DNA from: an uncultured Myxococcales bacterium
Lineage (GTDB): Bacteria > Myxococcota_A > UBA9042 > DTJE01
Reading direction: 5' to 3'
Length of the DNA stretch: 56,941 nt
NCBI GenBank assembly: GCA_964424165.1
Contig: CAYRIB010000001.1
Span: 13,360-70,300 of the forward strand
Shown here: piece by piece, positions 46,150 to 54,109 of the stretch
Numbering within the stretch: position 1 is the first letter of the stretch
Layout: each line of letters opens with the position of its first letter
Notes under the pieces: generated by a model
What the model was told of the DNA's origin: nothing
What the model saw: the letters and a program-made list of their open reading frames with translations, nothing else
Database searches by the model: none
Position numbers and translations under genes: made by a program

Positions 46150-49100
46150 AGAAGGGTGCAATCCATCGAACTGCCGGCGCTGCCCGCGCTTCCGGGGTTA
46201 CCGCTCGAATTGCCCCCCGAACCGCCGGCCCCGCCGTTTCCAACGGTGCCGAAGGTGCTGGTCGTGCAATAGTCGGGTGCGAGGCCGGACAGGGCCGCGA
46301 AGATGCCGTAGGACGCACCCCCGCAACCGCCGCCGCCGCCGCCCCCATGGCCCCCACTGCCTCCCTGGCCGCCGTAGCCGCCCATCCCGATGGCGAAGGT
46401 ATAGTTCAACCCCGAGATGTCGCCCCCGGCCCCGGGGCGGCCCCCGAACCCGCCGCTGCCGCCGTTGCCCCCCGAACCGCCGGCTCCGCCATGGTTGCGG
46501 ATGAAGGTGTTGGCCGCGAGCGTGGGGGCCGAGGTCACGGCAGGGTCCGTGCGCACCATGAACAAAGCAAAGGACCCGCCCCCGGGGGAACCGGCGGTGC
46601 CGGCGCCTCCGCCGCATCCTCCTCCTCCGCCACCGCCGCCGCCGCTGCCGAACGTGTCGCCACCCGAGAGATTGCAATTCCGGTTGCCGAACGCAGCGGT
46701 GTTGATGCCGCCGCCGCCACCGCCACCGCCGCCGCCGCTGCCATGGGTCCCCAAGGCACCTGCTGTGCCCGTGGCCCCGGACCATTCCGAACCAATCAGG
46801 CCACCAGCGGGTGAGGCACAACCCTGGCCACCGCCCCCGGCGGTGCCAAACCCGCCGTCACTGCCCGGAGACCCGAACGCCGATGTCGAGTTGGTGTGCA
46901 CGGTGCTGCAGTCATCGTCGAACGACCACAGCCCGCTGTGCCGGTCCCAACCCCCGGCTCCGCCGGTCCCGGGCGAGGTGCCCAGTCCCGATGATGCGGC
47001 AGCCTGATGGGTCCACGTGGTTGGGGTGGCGCCCGGACAAGCAGCAGGCCCGCCCGCGCCCCCCGTTGCCCCGCAGGTGCTGGTGCCCGCGACACCCCCG
47101 GTGCGGCTCCCACTGCAGGTCGCGGTGCCCAGGCTCGATGCCGCCTGTCCGGTGCCACCCGCGCCCCCATTGCTTCCTGCGCCGCCATTTCCGCCCGGGG
47201 CCCCGGTTGAACCTCGGCCCGCGTAGACGAGGTTGCCCGAGATGACCAGGTTGGCATCGCAGTCCCGCACCCACAGCGCATAAGAGTTTCCCCCCGGCGC
47301 GCCGGGTGCCGGGGTCAGGTGGTTGTTCTCGCCATAGATGGTGAAACCCGAAAACTCGGTGGGGGCCCGGACCCCGTCGATGATCACGGTGCGCTTGTGC
47401 GAGTCCACGATTGGTGAACTGCCCTGGATCACGGTGACGTTCGTGTCCGGGTCGTATTGCCAGGTGGCGCCGTTGTAGCCACCCTTGAGGCTGATACCGC
47501 TGCGCAGGCGAACGCTTTCGGGGTAGATGCCTTCGGACACGAGCACCCGGGTCTTGCCCGCGGCCACTCCGGCCAGATCGATGCCATACTGAATGGTCGC
47601 ACACGGGCGATCCCAGACCCCGCAGCCAACCGCATCCTGTCCGCCGTTGCTCGGCGTGGATACGTACACCGCGGCGCCGTCTTGTTCCAGTTCGCACCCG
47701 TTTTCCGGGTTGTGGTCCGCATCGACGAAGAGGCCCACGCACGCGAAGGTGCACACGGGTTCCCCGCTGGCATCGCAATGCCCGTTGGCATGGTGTTGGG
47801 CGGGGTTGTAGATCTGCGTGCAGTTGGTGAAGCAGTTGCCGCAGGCCGTGTCGCGGCGATACTTCCCGTCGGTGAAAAATCCGTTGTCGATCGTGCCGTC
47901 GCAGTCGTCGTCCAGGTAGTTGCAGGATTCGACCTCGACAAGGCCCGCGATCGCGTTGCACACGATGCCGGTTTGCAGCGCGTCGCACACCCAGATGCCG
48001 GCACGCGTGCAGATGCCAAGACCTGCGTAACAGACTTCCCCCTTCTTCGGCCAGTCCTCATCCGTATCGCCCATACAGTCGTTGTCGAGCCCGTCGCACC
48101 GTTCGGGCGAAGCATTTCCGGGCACGGCATCGCACACGATGCCATCCAGCGAAGCCTTGCACACCATGGTTCCGGCGCGTCGGCACTCGCCTTGTCCGGC
48201 AAAGCATCCCTTGCCCTTGTCCCCCCACGTCTCGTCGATGCTGTTGTCGCAGTCGTTGTCGAGGCCATCGCACCGCTCGGTCGCAACCGAGCCCGGTACC
48301 GCATCGCACACGATGCCGTCGCCCGACGCCGTGCACACCATGGTCCCGGCGCGCCGGCACTCGCCTTGTCCGGCGAAGCACACCTTGCCCTTGTCCCCCC
48401 AGGTCTCGTCGACGCTGCGATCGCAGTCGTTGTCGAGTCCGTCGCAGCGCTCGGTCGCAACCGGTCCAGGGGTCGCGTTGCACACGAGTCCGGTCTGGCC
48501 CGGGTTGCACACCAGAGTACCCATCCGCTGGCATTCCCCGATGCCTTCGGAGCACACGGACCCCTTCATCGGCCAGGTTTCGTCGGTCGACCCATCGCAG
48601 TCGTTGTCCTTGGCATCGCAGCGCTCGGTGACGGGCGTGCCGGGGCTTTCGCTGCACTCTAGGCCGGCCTGGTTCGAGGTGCACTGAAGGGTGCCGACCT
48701 TGAGACATTCACCCACGCCTACGAAGCAGACCTTTCCGCGGTCCTCGAACCCCTCGTCGGTCACCGCGTCGCAGTCGTTGTCGAGGTTGTCGCACACCTC
48801 GGGACTCGAAGTTCCGGGCACGGCGTTGCAGACCGCGGCCGAACCATCGCTCGTGCACACGAACATGCCGATGCCCTGGCACGCGCCGATGCCCGCGTAG
48901 CACACCTTGCCGAGCATGGGAAAGGTTTCGTCCATCCGGCCGTTGCAGTTGTCGTCCTGGTAGTTGCACGTCTCGGGGACCGGGAATGCCGCGTCGCAGA
49001 ACCAGGCCTTGCCCGCCTCGGTGTCGCGACAGAGCCAGTGGCCCGTGCACACGAAGGTCTCGATGTCGGTGTAGCGGTGTTCGCATGGGCCGAGTGCCGT

Positions 49101-50585
49101 TGGGGGTGTCAGTTGGTCATCCGCATATCCGTTGCAATCGTCATCCAGGCCATTGCACACCTCGCCTGCCGGGGTGCGGGCCGAACAGTCGATCCACCCG
49201 GTGGCGGATTCACACACCTCGGTGCCGTAGCAGACACCGAACGCATTTTCGCGGCCGCACACGCGCGTCATGCCGGCATTCGACGGGGTGCACTCGCAGG
49301 TGTCCGACTCGGGGAGGCACTGCCGAGCCCCTTGCACATCACGGCAGGCGTAGCCCGTGGGACAGTTTGTGCCCCAGAGCGAACCCTCCGAGCAATCACG
49401 GCCGCAGTACTTGAGGTTCGGCGTCTGGTCGAGCGACAGGCACAAATCCCCCTCGACGCCGCAGTTCGCGTTGGTTTCGCAGGGGTTGCACAGATTGGAC
49501 CATTGGAACCGACAGGCGGTGTCGCTGGCCTCGTAGTAGCCGGGTGCGCATTCCTCGACCACGCACGAAGCAGGATCCCGGGTAGCGTCGCAGGCCACTA
49601 CCTGGGCGAAGGGGATCACGCCATCGCACGAACGGTTGCACTGTCCGCAATGCAGCAAGCGATCGTACAGACCCGCTGCGTTCTTGAAATCCTCGTCGGT
49701 CGCGCCATCGCAATCGTCATCGAGGTAGTTGCACAACTCGGGGCCCGGTTCGGCACCCACACACTGCCACCCGGCCTCACCGCCGCAGGTCCACTGCCCC
49801 GCACATTCGCCCACGCCGGGCACCTGCTTGGTGCAGGGGGTTTCGGGCAGCAAGGGGGAATCGTCGATCACGAGATCGCAGTCGTCATCGTACCCGTTGC
49901 AGGTCTCGGTTGCGGGCACGGATGCCGTGCAGTTCACGAAGCCCTGATCCGGATCGCACGTTTCCATGCCGTAGCACGTGCCCTGTTCGTTCGTCTGCAA
50001 ACAGGGACGCTGAGTGCCGGCCGTGAGGATCATGCAGTCGCAGGTGCCGCTGTTCGGGATGCACTGACCGTCATGGCACGTGAAGCTGGGGGGGCAGGAA
50101 TCCTCTTCGCAGTCGAGGCCGCAACGCATCTGGCCGCCCACGCTCAGACAGATACCGCTGCCGCACTGGTTCGAATCCGTGCAGAAAGCGCACAGACTCG
50201 ATGCCACGGGGATGCAGATCGACGCGAGGCTCTCGCCGAACACCACGCTCTTGCACGACCAGCCCGCGGGGCAGTCATCTTCGCACATTCGCGTGCACAC
50301 GTAGCCCCCGAAGCCTTCGACGCAGATGCCCGAATCGCAGTTTGCGTTGTCGCTGCAAGGCGAGCCGAATGCCCCCGGCGGGATGTCCTGGATCGGGATG
50401 TCGTTGGTGACGGCATCCGGCAACACGTCGTCGATGGCGTCCGACGCCGCGGTGCCCCCGATGCCCAACGAGGCGGGCAGGACGAGCACGAACGACGACC
50501 CGATCGAAGGATTGCGGCCATCTCCGCACGACAGCCCTGTCAGCAGGAACAGGACCCCGAGTTCGCACGCACGACGTTGCCGCAT
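46146..50585 (-). CDS. Giant secreted lipoprotein: acidic cysteine-knot (putative metal-binding) repeats, then a right-handed beta-helix-like segment, then a Gly-rich tail
   Basis: ATG 50585..50583. Lipobox MRQRRACELGVLFLLTGLSC-GDG. Ten C-[ND]-x-x-D-[DN]-[DN]-C-[DNM] motifs. The segment PCATIQYGIDLAGVAAGKTRVLVSEGIYPESVRLRSGISLKGG is typical of beta-helix (DUF1565-like) starts. The last ~360 aa are Gly-rich, with G10 and G9 runs. Single uninterrupted 1479-codon frame. Confidence 0.85.
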   Translation of the reverse strand: MRQRRACELGVLFLLTGLSCGDGRNPSIGSSFVLVLPASLGIGGTAASDAIDDVLPDAVTNDIPIQDIPPGAFGSPCSDNANCDSGICVEGFGGYVCTRMCEDDCPAGWSCKSVVFGESLASICIPVASSLCAFCTDSNQCGSGICLSVGGQMRCGLDCEEDSCPPSFTCHDGQCIPNSGTCDCMILTAGTQRPCLQTNEQGTCYGMETCDPDQGFVNCTASVPATETCNGYDDDCDLVIDDSPLLPETPCTKQVPGVGECAGQWTCGGEAGWQCVGAEPGPELCNYLDDDCDGATDEDFKNAAGLYDRLLHCGQCNRSCDGVIPFAQVVACDATRDPASCVVEECAPGYYEASDTACRFQWSNLCNPCETNANCGVEGDLCLSLDQTPNLKYCGRDCSEGSLWGTNCPTGYACRDVQGARQCLPESDTCECTPSNAGMTRVCGRENAFGVCYGTEVCESATGWIDCSARTPAGEVCNGLDDDCNGYADDQLTPPTALGPCEHRYTDIETFVCTGHWLCRDTEAGKAWFCDAAFPVPETCNYQDDNCNGRMDETFPMLGKVCYAGIGACQGIGMFVCTSDGSAAVCNAVPGTSSPEVCDNLDNDCDAVTDEGFEDRGKVCFVGVGECLKVGTLQCTSNQAGLECSESPGTPVTERCDAKDNDCDGSTDETWPMKGSVCSEGIGECQRMGTLVCNPGQTGLVCNATPGPVATERCDGLDNDCDRSVDETWGDKGKVCFAGQGECRRAGTMVCTASGDGIVCDAVPGSVATERCDGLDNDCDNSIDETWGDKGKGCFAGQGECRRAGTMVCKASLDGIVCDAVPGNASPERCDGLDNDCMGDTDEDWPKKGEVCYAGLGICTRAGIWVCDALQTGIVCNAIAGLVEVESCNYLDDDCDGTIDNGFFTDGKYRRDTACGNCFTNCTQIYNPAQHHANGHCDASGEPVCTFACVGLFVDADHNPENGCELEQDGAAVYVSTPSNGGQDAVGCGVWDRPCATIQYGIDLAGVAAGKTRVLVSEGIYPESVRLRSGISLKGGYNGATWQYDPDTNVTVIQGSSPIVDSHKRTVIIDGVRAPTEFSGFTIYGENNHLTPAPGAPGGNSYALWVRDCDANLVISGNLVYAGRGSTGAPGGNGGAGSNGGAGGTGQAASSLGTATCSGSRTGGVAGTSTCGATGGAGGPAACPGATPTTWTHQAAASSGLGTSPGTGGAGGWDRHSGLWSFDDDCSTVHTNSTSAFGSPGSDGGFGTAGGGGQGCASPAGGLIGSEWSGATGTAGALGTHGSGGGGGGGGGGINTAAFGNRNCNLSGGDTFGSGGGGGGGGGCGGGAGTAGSPGGGSFALFMVRTDPAVTSAPTLAANTFIRNHGGAGGSGGNGGSGGFGGRPGAGGDISGLNYTFAIGMGGYGGQGGSGGHGGGGGGGCGGASYGIFAALSGLAPDYCTTSTFGTVGNGGAGGSGGNSSGNPGSAGSAGSSMDCTLL
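47934..48977 (-). repeat. Six in-frame tandem repeats of exactly 174 nt (58 aa) inside the giant gene
   Basis: The landmark CAGTCGT[TC]GTC (antisense of D-N-D-C) recurs at 47902, 48076, 48250, 48424, 48598 and 48772, and a diverged CAGTTGTCGTC at 48946, all spaced exactly 174 nt. Units R4 (48282-48455) and R5 (48108-48281) encode TERCDGLDNDCD[RN]S[VI]DETWGDKGK[VG]CFAGQGECRRAGTMVC... and differ at 7 of 58 residues. Confidence 0.9.
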
Positions 50586-50679
50586 GATGCCTCGTATGCC
50601 GCAGAAAGAGCATTCTACCCACGACAATCATCGGGGTTCGGCTTCGACCTTGTCAAGGCGGTGCATGGCCGGCACGGGT

Positions 50680-50707
50680 TTGACAACACCGCGAATTCTG
50701 CTAGAGT
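50680..50707 (+). promoter_or_regulatory. Candidate sigma-70 promoter for pgk-tpiA-secG
   Basis: TTGACA (50680-50685), 16-nt spacer, TAGAGT (50702-50707). 47 nt separate it from the pgk ATG, which has a GGAGGGAG RBS. Confidence 0.4.
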
Positions 50708-50754
50708 TCGCCGGCGCGTCTTGTCCGAACGGGCGCATCTGGAGGGAGACTGGG

Positions 50755-51957
50755 ATGGACGTCCTGTCCCGAATCAAGCCCATCAACGACCTTCCGCTCG
50801 AAGGGCGGAGGGTGTTCATCCGGGCGGACCTCGATTGTCCGATGACCGCCGATGGATTCGTGGCCGATGATGCGCGGATCCAGTCGGCGTTGCCCGCGAT
50901 CCGGCATGCGATTGCGCAAGGGGCCAAGGTCGTACTGGCCTCGACGCTGGGCCGTCCCCGCGGCAAGCGGGTGCCGGAACTGTCGCTGGCTCCCGTGGGC
51001 GAGAGGCTTGCCGAACTGCTCGATCAAGACGTCTACATGCCTGCCGACACCGTGGGCGACGGTCCGCGCAAGGTGGTGATGGAGCGCGTGGACGGTGAAG
51101 TGGTGCTGCTCGAGAACCTCGCCTTCAATCCTGAAGAAGAAGCCAACGATGACGTGTTCGCGCAACGCCTGGCGAGCCTCGCGGACATCTATGTCAACGA
51201 CGCCTTTGCCAGCGTGAACCGGGCCCATGCCTCGGTGGATGCCATCACCCGTCACCTGCCGGTGCGCGGGGCTGGCCCCTTGCTCGCCCGGGAACTGCAG
51301 TTCATGCAGAAGGTGGCCACGGGGACGGACTGCCCGTTCGTGTTGCTCGTCGGCGGGTCAAGCCTGACGGACAAGACGGGACTGTTCAACCGAATGATGG
51401 CGCGGACCCGTTCGATGTGTATCGGCGGGGCCTTGGCTGCCACGTTCCTCAAGGCCCAGGGCCGGGCCGTAGGACGCACGCGCATCGAGGCCGACAAGAT
51501 CGAGACCGCGACCGGCATTGTTGCCCGTGCCAAGGTGCGCGGGGTCGAGATCCTGCTGCCCACGGATGTGGTGGTTGCTGCCGAGGCGAACGAAAAGGCA
51601 TTGCCCACGGTGGTGCCGGTTGATGAGATCCCGGAAGATGCCATGATTCTCGACATTGGACCGGCCACGGTTGTGGAGTTCTCCGCACGCGTGGGCACGG
51701 CCAAGATGATCCTTTGGAACGGCCCCATGGGCATGTTCGAACTGCGGCCCTTCCTGGCAGGCACCGAAGCCCTGGCCAAGGCCGTGTCGCGGTCGCGGGC
51801 CGTGAGCGTGGCCGTGGGACAAGACACGGCCGCGGCGATCCACCGTGCCATGATGACGCCGTTCTTTGCGCATGTTTCGGCCGGAGGCCGGGCAGCCCTG
51901 GACTACCTGGAAGGTCGGGAACTGCCGGGCGTCGAGGCCCTTCGGAAGGGGGACTGA
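50755..51957 (+). CDS. pgk: Phosphoglycerate kinase
   Basis: RVFIRADLDCP, IQSALPAIRH, the LASTLGRP variant of the LxSHLGRP block, LENLAFNPEE, YVNDAFASVNRAHAS and GGGDT-equivalent blocks. ATG 50755. The upstream part of the track ORF is antisense to the giant gene. Confidence 0.9.
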   Translation: MDVLSRIKPINDLPLEGRRVFIRADLDCPMTADGFVADDARIQSALPAIRHAIAQGAKVVLASTLGRPRGKRVPELSLAPVGERLAELLDQDVYMPADTVGDGPRKVVMERVDGEVVLLENLAFNPEEEANDDVFAQRLASLADIYVNDAFASVNRAHASVDAITRHLPVRGAGPLLARELQFMQKVATGTDCPFVLLVGGSSLTDKTGLFNRMMARTRSMCIGGALAATFLKAQGRAVGRTRIEADKIETATGIVARAKVRGVEILLPTDVVVAAEANEKALPTVVPVDEIPEDAMILDIGPATVVEFSARVGTAKMILWNGPMGMFELRPFLAGTEALAKAVSRSRAVSVAVGQDTAAAIHRAMMTPFFAHVSAGGRAALDYLEGRELPGVEALRKGD

Positions 51958-51967
51958 GGTGGATCGG

Positions 51968-52723
51968 ATGCGAAGACCGCTGATTGCGGGCAATTGGAAG
52001 ATGTTTTTGGATGCGGATTCGGCGGTGACGCTGGCCCGGGATGTGCATCAGCGGGTGGCGCGGTGCCGGCACTGCGACATGGTGGTGCTGCCGGCATTCC
52101 CCTTGATTCCCGGGGTGGTGCGAGCCCTGTCCGATAGTCCTGTGGCGGTCGGTTCGCAGGATCTGAGTGCCGAACCCGAAGGCGCGTTCACCGGGGACGT
52201 GAGCGCCAAGATGTTGCTGAGCCTCGGGTGTACGTTTGCGACCATCGGGCATTCCGAGCGCCGCGAACACCACCTTGAAACGGACGAAGAATTGCATCGC
52301 AAGATCGTGCGGGCCGTGGATTCGGGCCTCGTCCCCATCTTCTGCGTGGGCGAGCGCCTGACCGAACGGGACGCGGGTCAGACCCTGATGCGCGTGGAAC
52401 GCCAGGTGACCGTCGGGCTTCAAGGCCTGAGTGTGGCCCAGATGCAGCGCGTGGTGATCGCGTACGAACCGGTGTGGGCGATCGGCACGGGCCGGGTGGC
52501 GACCCCGGCTCAGGCCGAGGAGGTCCACGAATTCATCCGGAATCTGGTGCGCCGGATGTTCGGGGATGCCATTTCGGACGGGATGCGGATACTGTATGGC
52601 GGCAGCGTCAAGCCGGACAACGTGCGGGCGCTGATGGCACAGAAGGACGTCGACGGGGCCCTGGTTGGGGGCGCGAGCCTGTCGGCCGAGTCGTTTTCGG
52701 CGATCGTGAACTTTCAGGAATGA
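51968..52723 (+). CDS. tpiA: Triosephosphate isomerase
   Basis: MRRPLIAGNWKM, IGHSERR, AYEPVWAIGTG and LYGGSVKPDN. ATG 51968 preceded by GAGGTGGA. Confidence 0.92.
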   Translation: MRRPLIAGNWKMFLDADSAVTLARDVHQRVARCRHCDMVVLPAFPLIPGVVRALSDSPVAVGSQDLSAEPEGAFTGDVSAKMLLSLGCTFATIGHSERREHHLETDEELHRKIVRAVDSGLVPIFCVGERLTERDAGQTLMRVERQVTVGLQGLSVAQMQRVVIAYEPVWAIGTGRVATPAQAEEVHEFIRNLVRRMFGDAISDGMRILYGGSVKPDNVRALMAQKDVDGALVGGASLSAESFSAIVNFQE

Positions 52724-52730
52724 GGGCAAG

Positions 52731-53039
52731 ATGGACCTGATCTACGGACTCATGGTGTCGTTGCACATCCTGGTATCATTGCTCCTGATCGTGGCGGTTC
52801 TGCTGCAGCCGGGACGCGGCGGCGGCGGGATGGGCGCGGTATTCGGGGGAGGTTCGTCCACATCCGTGTTCGGCGGACGGGGTGCGGCCACGTTCCTGAG
52901 CAAGGGCACAGGCATCATGGCGGCGATCTTCTTCGTGCTGTCGATCGGGATCGCGGTGATGGGGTCGGAGTCGAGCGTCACCGACGACGTGCCGACCGCC
53001 ACGCAGACCGTGCCCACCGAACAGGACACCGCGCAGTAG
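52731..53039 (+). CDS. secG: Preprotein translocase subunit SecG
   Basis: Two TM helices flanking the Gly-rich loop LLQPGRGGGGMGAVFGGGSS. Canonical position after tpiA. Confidence 0.85.
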   Translation: MDLIYGLMVSLHILVSLLLIVAVLLQPGRGGGGMGAVFGGGSSTSVFGGRGAATFLSKGTGIMAAIFFVLSIGIAVMGSESSVTDDVPTATQTVPTEQDTAQ

Positions 53040-53065
53040 CCGCACAAGAAGCGGGGGCGCAGGTC

Positions 53066-54109
53066 TCAGTGAACGGACCGGAACATCCGGTTCAGCGGCC
53101 ACCAGATGAACAACGCCCGTCCCTTGATGTGTTCCACCGGGATGAAGCCCCAGAATCTGCCGTCGCTCGAGTTGTCGCGGTTGTCGCCCATGGCAAAGAC
53201 GTGGCCCTGCGGGACCACGACTTCGGGAAAGTCCGGGTTGTGGGCCGAGTTGCCGATCTGACGGGGGTCGTCGGATGGCCAGTCCGGGTTGTTCATGCAA
53301 CCCCGGAACACGTCGGATCCGGGCGCCACGTGCTGCGTGACGTAGGTCACATCACCCAATCGTTCGGTCTGACGAATGCACTGACACGCCGTGAGGTTGT
53401 CGTCACTGCACGACTGGCGGGAGGTTCCGGGGTCGGTGATCACCGCTTCGCCGTTCACGAACAGCACGTTGTCGGTCAGGCGCACGCGGTCCCCGGCCAC
53501 GGCCACGATGCGCTTGATGAAGTCCTTGCCATGGTCATCGCCTTCGCCCGGGAACACGAACACCACGATTTCGCCACGCTCGGGCTGGCCGAACTCCGCA
53601 ATCCGGACGTTTGTGAACGGGATGCGCGGGCCGTAGGAGAGCTTGTTGACAAAGAGGTGGTCACCGACCATGAGGGTCGGGATCATGGACCCGGTCGGGA
53701 TCTTGAAGGCTTCGATGAAGAAAGCCCGGATGAACAGGGCGATCAGGATGGCCGACCCGAACGACTGGACATATTCGAATGCGGATGCCTTGCGCAGCAC
53801 GGCCGAGTGACGATCCGTCTCGTCACGAAGGGCCTTCATGGCGGGTTCCAAGCGTGATGGTTGGGTGAGATGCGCGCGCACCTCGGAGATTCGTCCGTCG
53901 ATGACGTTGCGGGCTGTGGGGGTCAGACGATGGCCCCGGTGCTTGAGGATTCGTTCGGTTTCGCGGACGAGCCGCACAGCCTCCTTCCGAAGGGCCTTGC
54001 TCTGCTGGTCGTTCAAGGACATCTCCTTTTCACAGTGCGTCTTCGACCGCGCGAAGGATAGCATGGTCGGGGCAGGACGCGTATACGGTAAAGGGGGGCA
54101 CGCCCCCAT
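53066..54109 (-). CDS. lepB: Signal peptidase I
   Basis: Catalytic Ser block IPTGSMIPTLMVGDHLFVNK. Lys block KRIVAVAGDRV. GDNRDNSSDGRFWGFIP. Start uncertain: ATG 54109 directly follows the hflX stop; alternatives are ATG 54064 and ATG 54022. Confidence 0.85.
   Translation of the reverse strand: MGACPPLPYTRPAPTMLSFARSKTHCEKEMSLNDQQSKALRKEAVRLVRETERILKHRGHRLTPTARNVIDGRISEVRAHLTQPSRLEPAMKALRDETDRHSAVLRKASAFEYVQSFGSAILIALFIRAFFIEAFKIPTGSMIPTLMVGDHLFVNKLSYGPRIPFTNVRIAEFGQPERGEIVVFVFPGEGDDHGKDFIKRIVAVAGDRVRLTDNVLFVNGEAVITDPGTSRQSCSDDNLTACQCIRQTERLGDVTYVTQHVAPGSDVFRGCMNNPDWPSDDPRQIGNSAHNPDFPEVVVPQGHVFAMGDNRDNSSDGRFWGFIPVEHIKGRALFIWWPLNRMFRSVH

Noticed and set aside
46417-47007. Pro-rich 196-aa plus-strand ORF (PPPPPPPP runs)
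   Set aside because: It is the mirror image of the Gly-rich tail (GGN codons read as NCC). The minus-strand frame is continuous with the 1479-codon gene.
47934-48977. Possibility that the regular 174-nt repeats are a CRISPR-like or satellite array
   Set aside because: The period is a multiple of 3 and there are no unique spacers. The repeats sit inside a single open frame and encode a coherent 6-Cys module, so they are coding domain repeats.
49038-50870. 610-aa plus-strand ORF, and the 543-aa ORF start at 50326
   Set aside because: Both are antisense to the giant Cys-rich gene. pgk has a well-placed ATG at 50755 with a GGAGGGAG RBS and a canonical N-terminus.
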